A stretch of DNA of 32,000 bases, taken from the NCBI GenBank assembly GCA_016294985.1, contig JAECRW010000003.1, positions 1-32,000 on the forward strand, written 5' to 3'. The notes beneath the pieces were generated by a model that saw only the letters and a list, made by a program, of their open reading frames with translations, was not told the DNA's origin and ran no database searches. Positions 27,765-32,000 of the stretch are shown one piece after another. The first letter of the stretch is position 1; each line of letters begins with the position of its first letter. The position numbers and the translations under genes are program-made. The stretch is from Candidatus Sifarchaeum marinoarchaea. GTDB lineage: Archaea > Asgardarchaeota > Sifarchaeia > Borrarchaeales > Borrarchaeaceae.

Positions 27765-28550
27765 TTACTCAAGTTGAATTTGAAGGTCAATTTCTCGAAT
27801 TTTTTCGGGAACTTCTTTAAGTTCCTTAATAACTCCCATAACAACTGCACGAAACAGATCCTGAACGAACCCTTTCATCACAATATTCTTTCCATCTATT
27901 GTCAAGTCCACTTTGGTGAACATTGTTATACATTGTCTAACGTCTGCCTCACCTGCACGGACAGCTTTAGCAAGATCTTCACAAGTATCATAACCACAAG
28001 ATTTACAGTCAATGCCCGGTAACTGATTGACAAAAATAGTCTGTGCACGAGATTCAAGAAGATTTACTAATTTTTCACTTTCATTTATTTTAACTACCGG
28101 AGCATCGAGATCTAGTTTCTTGAGTTCCTCCGGTTTTTCAACTATCCTTCCAGAAACTGCGATTAAATTTTCCAGATTAATATTTTCCAAATCTTCTGCA
28201 GCATCTGCAACAATAATTTTCGGATATTTTGAATGGCGGAATCCCTCAATTATAACATAGTCTAAATTCTTTGGAAGTTTGTCTAATGCAGTTTCTGGAA
28301 TTATAGGGAGCTCTGATGAATTCCAAATAGTAAGGAGTTCAGAATCTGTTATTACTCCCGTAGCAGAAGCCCCTGCTGTAATGTGTTTCCACGTATCTTT
28401 CTTAGGGGTATCAAATGTACCACCATGAATATGTTTAACTGTTCCAATACGAAGACCCTTTTCTGTTAAGTTTTTAACCAATCCTTCTACTACAGTTGTT
28501 TTACCGACGTTTCTCTTTGGACCGACAACGCAAACTATGTATGTGAACAT
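27765..28550 (-). CDS. mobB: MobB-like P-loop protein fused to a C-x2-C-x4-C-x16-C Fe-S domain
   Basis: 261 aa. The N-terminal part has VVGPKRNVGKTT and VKHIHGGTFDTPKKDTWKHITAGA (MobB pattern). The C-terminal part has DCKSCGYDTCEDLAKAVRAGEADVRQC. Confidence 0.75.
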   Translation of the reverse strand: MFTYIVCVVGPKRNVGKTTVVEGLVKNLTEKGLRIGTVKHIHGGTFDTPKKDTWKHITAGASATGVITDSELLTIWNSSELPIIPETALDKLPKNLDYVIIEGFRHSKYPKIIVADAAEDLENINLENLIAVSGRIVEKPEELKKLDLDAPVVKINESEKLVNLLESRAQTIFVNQLPGIDCKSCGYDTCEDLAKAVRAGEADVRQCITMFTKVDLTIDGKNIVMKGFVQDLFRAVVMGVIKELKEVPEKIREIDLQIQLE

Positions 28551-28718
28551 CTAATCTCACCTGGCTTTCTTAATCCAATAAGGGATAATTTCAATAGATT
28601 ATGTGGAAGTTTTAGGCTTCAACAAATGAGAAAAAACACTACACTTATATGTTTAACCTGTGCGGATTTATTTGCGATTTGAGACTACTTATTTACAAAG
28701 AGTATTGCTGTAGATCGA

Positions 28719-29180
28719 TTAAAGGTTTTTGATGACGTCATCCTTGTCCATAACAATATGGCAGTAATAGCAGCGTATGCGAAGGGGTTCCTCACTTCTG
28801 ATTATAAAATGCGGTTCTACAGGTTCCTTCGTATTAGTGACGCAATTGGGATTAATACAACGTGGATAAGCTTTTACGGTCTTAGGAAGTTTCACTCTAT
28901 TTTTTTCTACAACTTTAAAGTCTCGAATGATGTTAATTGTTGCATTAGGAGCGATTAAAGCAATAATATCAACTTCCTGCGGCTCCAATTCACGATCTTC
29001 AATTTTTACGATATCTTTTCGGCCAGCTTTGCTACTTGGAACATTAATAGCAATGGAAATGGTGTTACCTTCCTTTCCAGATATACCACAAATTTTCAAG
29101 ACAGTTAAGGCATTTCCAGCGGGAATATGGTCAATCACTGTCCCATTACGTATCTTTCTAACTCTTAGTTCATCTTCTAT
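28719..29180 (-). CDS. pyrI: Aspartate carbamoyltransferase regulatory subunit
   Basis: Contains [15 protein letters not shown] and the C-terminal zinc domain CINPNC...CYYC. The tracked GTG at 29138 lies inside the conserved RNGTVIDH block. The frame is open upstream to ATA 29180, which sits 7 nt after GGAGG (29192-29188), giving 153 aa. Confidence 0.9.
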   Translation of the reverse strand: MEDELRVRKIRNGTVIDHIPAGNALTVLKICGISGKEGNTISIAINVPSSKAGRKDIVKIEDRELEPQEVDIIALIAPNATINIIRDFKVVEKNRVKLPKTVKAYPRCINPNCVTNTKEPVEPHFIIRSEEPLRIRCYYCHIVMDKDDVIKNL

Positions 29181-29404
29181 GGAAAGCCCTCCATATAGCT
29201 TGTCTTTTAGAGTTGATCATAATCTTCTCTTTAAAATGTTTTACTAATTTGTCGTAGATTTTTTCTCTTATCCATTATTAAACTAAGTCTTTTATCTATG
29301 ATATTAAATCCTAAGTTTTCGGAAATTAAAAATTAAAAAGATAAGACTATCAAAATAATTACAAAGAGAATTAATTATCACACATTCTTGAAGAGGCGAA
29401 AAAC

Positions 29405-30319
29405 ATGGATTTTTCTGGGCGGCATATTATGTCCATTCAGGACTTTTCACGTGATGAACTTGAACATATTTTCAAAGTAGCAAGTGAAATGGAAAATTAT
29501 GTTAAAACAGGAAGTGATATTCTCAAAAATAGAATTTTGGCAACTCTTTTTTTCGAACCATCCACAAGGACTCGTCTTTCTTTCACTTCCGCTATGTACC
29601 GCCTTGGTGGAAATGTTTTAGGTTTTGATGATCCTAAGATGAGTTCTTTCAAAAAGGGGGAAACTCTTGTTGATAGTATCCGTGTCATAGAATCATATGC
29701 AGACGCAATTGTAATTAGACATACTATTGAGGGGAGTGTGACGCTAGCGGCTGAGTATTCGAATGTACCGATCATCAATGCTGGTTCTGGAACGCTTGGT
29801 CACCCCACGCAAGCCATGTTAGATCTTTTCTCAATTCTTAGGGAAAAAAATACGATTGATGGGCTTACAATTGGTATACTTGGGGATCTAAAATTTGGAA
29901 GAACTGTGAAATCACTTGCTTATGGTTTAGCTAATTATGATGTTAAACTGGTTTTCATAGCCCCAGAACTGCTGAGGATGCGCCAAGATGTCTTAGAAGA
30001 TTTAAGCGAAGCAGGGAAATCAATTCGTGAGGTATCAGAACTCGATGAGATCATATCTGATCTTGATGTATTATATGTTACACGAATACAAGAAGAAAGA
30101 TTTCCTGATCCTTCAGAATATGAAAAGGTTAAAGGATTCTATGTGATTGATCGCCGTACCTTAAAATCTACAAAAGAAGATCTAATTATCCTGCATCCAT
30201 TACCACGAGTAGGCGAAATCGCGAAGGATGTAGATTCTACAAAACATGCAAGATACTTTAAACAAAGTTATTACGGCCTAGTAGTTAGAATGGCGCTCCT
30301 TTCATTAATCATGTCCTAG
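29405..30319 (+). CDS. pyrB: Aspartate carbamoyltransferase catalytic subunit
   Basis: 304 aa with STRTRLSF, HPTQAMLD and HPLPR motifs. SD GAGG lies upstream. Confidence 0.95.
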   Translation: MDFSGRHIMSIQDFSRDELEHIFKVASEMENYVKTGSDILKNRILATLFFEPSTRTRLSFTSAMYRLGGNVLGFDDPKMSSFKKGETLVDSIRVIESYADAIVIRHTIEGSVTLAAEYSNVPIINAGSGTLGHPTQAMLDLFSILREKNTIDGLTIGILGDLKFGRTVKSLAYGLANYDVKLVFIAPELLRMRQDVLEDLSEAGKSIREVSELDEIISDLDVLYVTRIQEERFPDPSEYEKVKGFYVIDRRTLKSTKEDLIILHPLPRVGEIAKDVDSTKHARYFKQSYYGLVVRMALLSLIMS

Positions 30320-30364
30320 CACTGTTTTCTTTTCTAGCTCACACTTTTTTTGAAATTGGACTTA

Positions 30365-32000
30365 TCAGAAGAAGAAAATGAGGAAAATTACAGAAGAAAG
30401 ATAAAGTACCGCAAAAAGGACAGGGAAAGTCGTTTTGGCGACATGTGCGGCCTTTGCAACTCCTTCCAAAAGGTTTTCAAAGCTTCTCTCTCCAATTATC
30501 TTTACATTTTCTAGAGTCCCTTTAATCACTCCAACTTCAACTTCCTCAAGGTTCTCACTAGCCTGTTTTATGCCTTCGCGAACATACGCGACAATTTTTT
30601 GATGGTCAATTACTTCTCCAATAGGATGATAACCACTTCTACTCGGACCTAATGCATTTACAGTATGCGTATCTGATGTCATAACCTCAATTTCATCCAT
30701 TTCTTTTATGTTTTGAATGATTTTTTCTCTGAGGCCAATAACCATATTATTGCTATCGAAAAGAACATAAGCGGCTCTTTGTCCAGCGACATTAACGAGC
30801 AATACTGCAATTCCACATTCGCCCATTCCTTCTTCTTTCTTTATGTCTGGATATAAACGATGAATTCCTATTTTAAGTTCAGAACTCTCTTGTTTTTGGA
30901 TTTTTTCTATTGCTTTTTCTCCATCGATTAGTAATTGATTCGCAAGTTCTGATCCCGGAAATATATAAGGCGAATCGTCACCCAAGCAATTATGGGCATC
31001 TATTATGGCAATCTCTGTTCCAAAATGACTTTTTATAAGGTCAATTAAGGATAATCCTACCTCAAGCGAAATATCCTCCATTGTTTTAGGAGATCGTGTG
31101 GCTATCAAAACAATTTTTTCATTGAATTTTTGGCAGCTTATCTGGAATTCTTCACCTATTATTCTTACAAAAGGAGTCGCTGACGATTTAAACACGATCT
31201 CTTTTGTGAGCAGATTCTGTATTTGTGACAGCACTTTTTCATTTTCTCTCTGGCTTACAAGGTTTAACGCGTGCGTTGAAGGACCGTGAAACACCAATAC
31301 TTCACAATTAAATTCTTCTTTCAACTTCTTGCTTAAATAGAAAGGCAAATTACTACTTCCCACATCCTTAAATGGACCTGGATGGAAGGAAGGGATAATA
31401 AATATGGATTTTAACTCTTTTTCTCGACGAAAGAGAAGTATAGTGATTGGGAGACTCGTTACTTCTCCTATGTCTTCAAGGAGTGCCTCTAAGTCATCAC
31501 CTTTTCCTGAAAACCAGTCCTTAACAAATGCACGAAAGAGGGCGTCTCCATGCACTCCAACTATCTTTTTTACAGAATTACTAACATTTTTGAGATAGAG
31601 ATACATTCCAAGCAGTAGAGCAACTGAAATTATGCCAAATGCCAAAAAAATAGGAATTCGATCATCATTGTTGAACTTCAGCCAAGTAAATGCTACCAGA
31701 CTAAGTAACGGATGAATAAACGTGTGAAATAACGTATTACCTATGGTTTGTGGTGTTAGAAATGTAAATGCGAGATATCTCAAAATAACTATGGTTGCCA
31801 CTCCAAGAATAGCCGATGAAAGAAGAAGTCTATCAGATTGAAAGATTGACATGCTAATTCTTCCAAAAAGGAGTATTATTCCTAAGAAGACGTTACAAAT
31901 CACACCGGTTGCAATCAAACGACGTATTGTTAAAACGCTGCGATATTCGCCGAGAAGTGAATATGAAACGATGGCAGAGGCAAATATTGGAAGAAGAAAA
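30365..32000 (-). CDS. Polytopic membrane protein, DUF2070-like (5'-truncated by window edge)
   Basis: The reading frame stays open from the tracked TTG 31918 to the window end (…FLLPIFASAIVSYSLLGEYRSVLTIRRL upstream). It has several N-terminal TM helices, a central soluble region (FHPGPFKDVGSSNLPF, IDAHNC, TSDTHTVNA) and a C-terminal TM helix. The family call is from memory. Confidence 0.55.
   Translation of the reverse strand, partial: FLLPIFASAIVSYSLLGEYRSVLTIRRLIATGVICNVFLGIILLFGRISMSIFQSDRLLLSSAILGVATIVILRYLAFTFLTPQTIGNTLFHTFIHPLLSLVAFTWLKFNNDDRIPIFLAFGIISVALLLGMYLYLKNVSNSVKKIVGVHGDALFRAFVKDWFSGKGDDLEALLEDIGEVTSLPITILLFRREKELKSIFIIPSFHPGPFKDVGSSNLPFYLSKKLKEEFNCEVLVFHGPSTHALNLVSQRENEKVLSQIQNLLTKEIVFKSSATPFVRIIGEEFQISCQKFNEKIVLIATRSPKTMEDISLEVGLSLIDLIKSHFGTEIAIIDAHNCLGDDSPYIFPGSELANQLLIDGEKAIEKIQKQESSELKIGIHRLYPDIKKEEGMGECGIAVLLVNVAGQRAAYVLFDSNNMVIGLREKIIQNIKEMDEIEVMTSDTHTVNALGPSRSGYHPIGEVIDHQKIVAYVREGIKQASENLEEVEVGVIKGTLENVKIIGERSFENLLEGVAKAAHVAKTTFPVLFAVLYLSSVIFLIFFF

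Overview
AT-rich archaeal chromosomal window. Most genes are preceded by a clear Shine-Dalgarno (GGAGG/GGTGAT) about 6-9 nt upstream, and TTG/GTG starts are frequent. Layout: (1) 1-9.3 kb holds the conserved transcription/translation cluster: rpoB 3' part, rpoA1, rpoA2, L30e, NusA, S12, S7, EF-1alpha, S10. EF-2 is absent between S7 and EF-1alpha. (2) 9374-9539 (-) is a 166-nt tRNA gene that I can fold only as tRNA-Arg(GCG), after removing three insertions. (3) 9.6-13.9 kb holds two divergently transcribed modules, each a corrinoid protein plus a URO-D-family methyltransferase, followed by a small Cys-motif protein. (4) 14-19.5 kb holds mixed metabolic or uncharacterised genes: 2-hydroxyacid dehydrogenase, M20 hydrolase, Gfo/Idh/MocA oxidoreductase, DUF362-like and DUF166-like. 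(5) 19.5-23.8 kb is the least explainable part. It contains a 55-aa zinc ribbon and a 717-aa zinc-ribbon/coiled-coil protein with no family I recognise. Divergent from that protein, across a 494-bp AT-rich spacer, lies a membrane protein with signal peptide, ectodomain, TM helix and a cytoplasmic RING/PHD-like eight-ligand zinc finger. (6) 23.8-32 kb holds a 4-OT tautomerase, class-V aminotransferase, a protein of about four tandem winged helices, Lrp/AsnC, TruA, a MobB-FeS fusion, divergent pyrI/pyrB, and a DUF2070-like membrane protein truncated at the window edge. No rRNA, CRISPR, transposase or integrase was seen. One observation cuts across the window: at three genes (tautomerase, pyrI, rpoA2) the SD spacing and/or the conserved N-terminus point to ATA (AUA) as the initiation codon. 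All family calls come from motif recognition by eye, and no searches were run.
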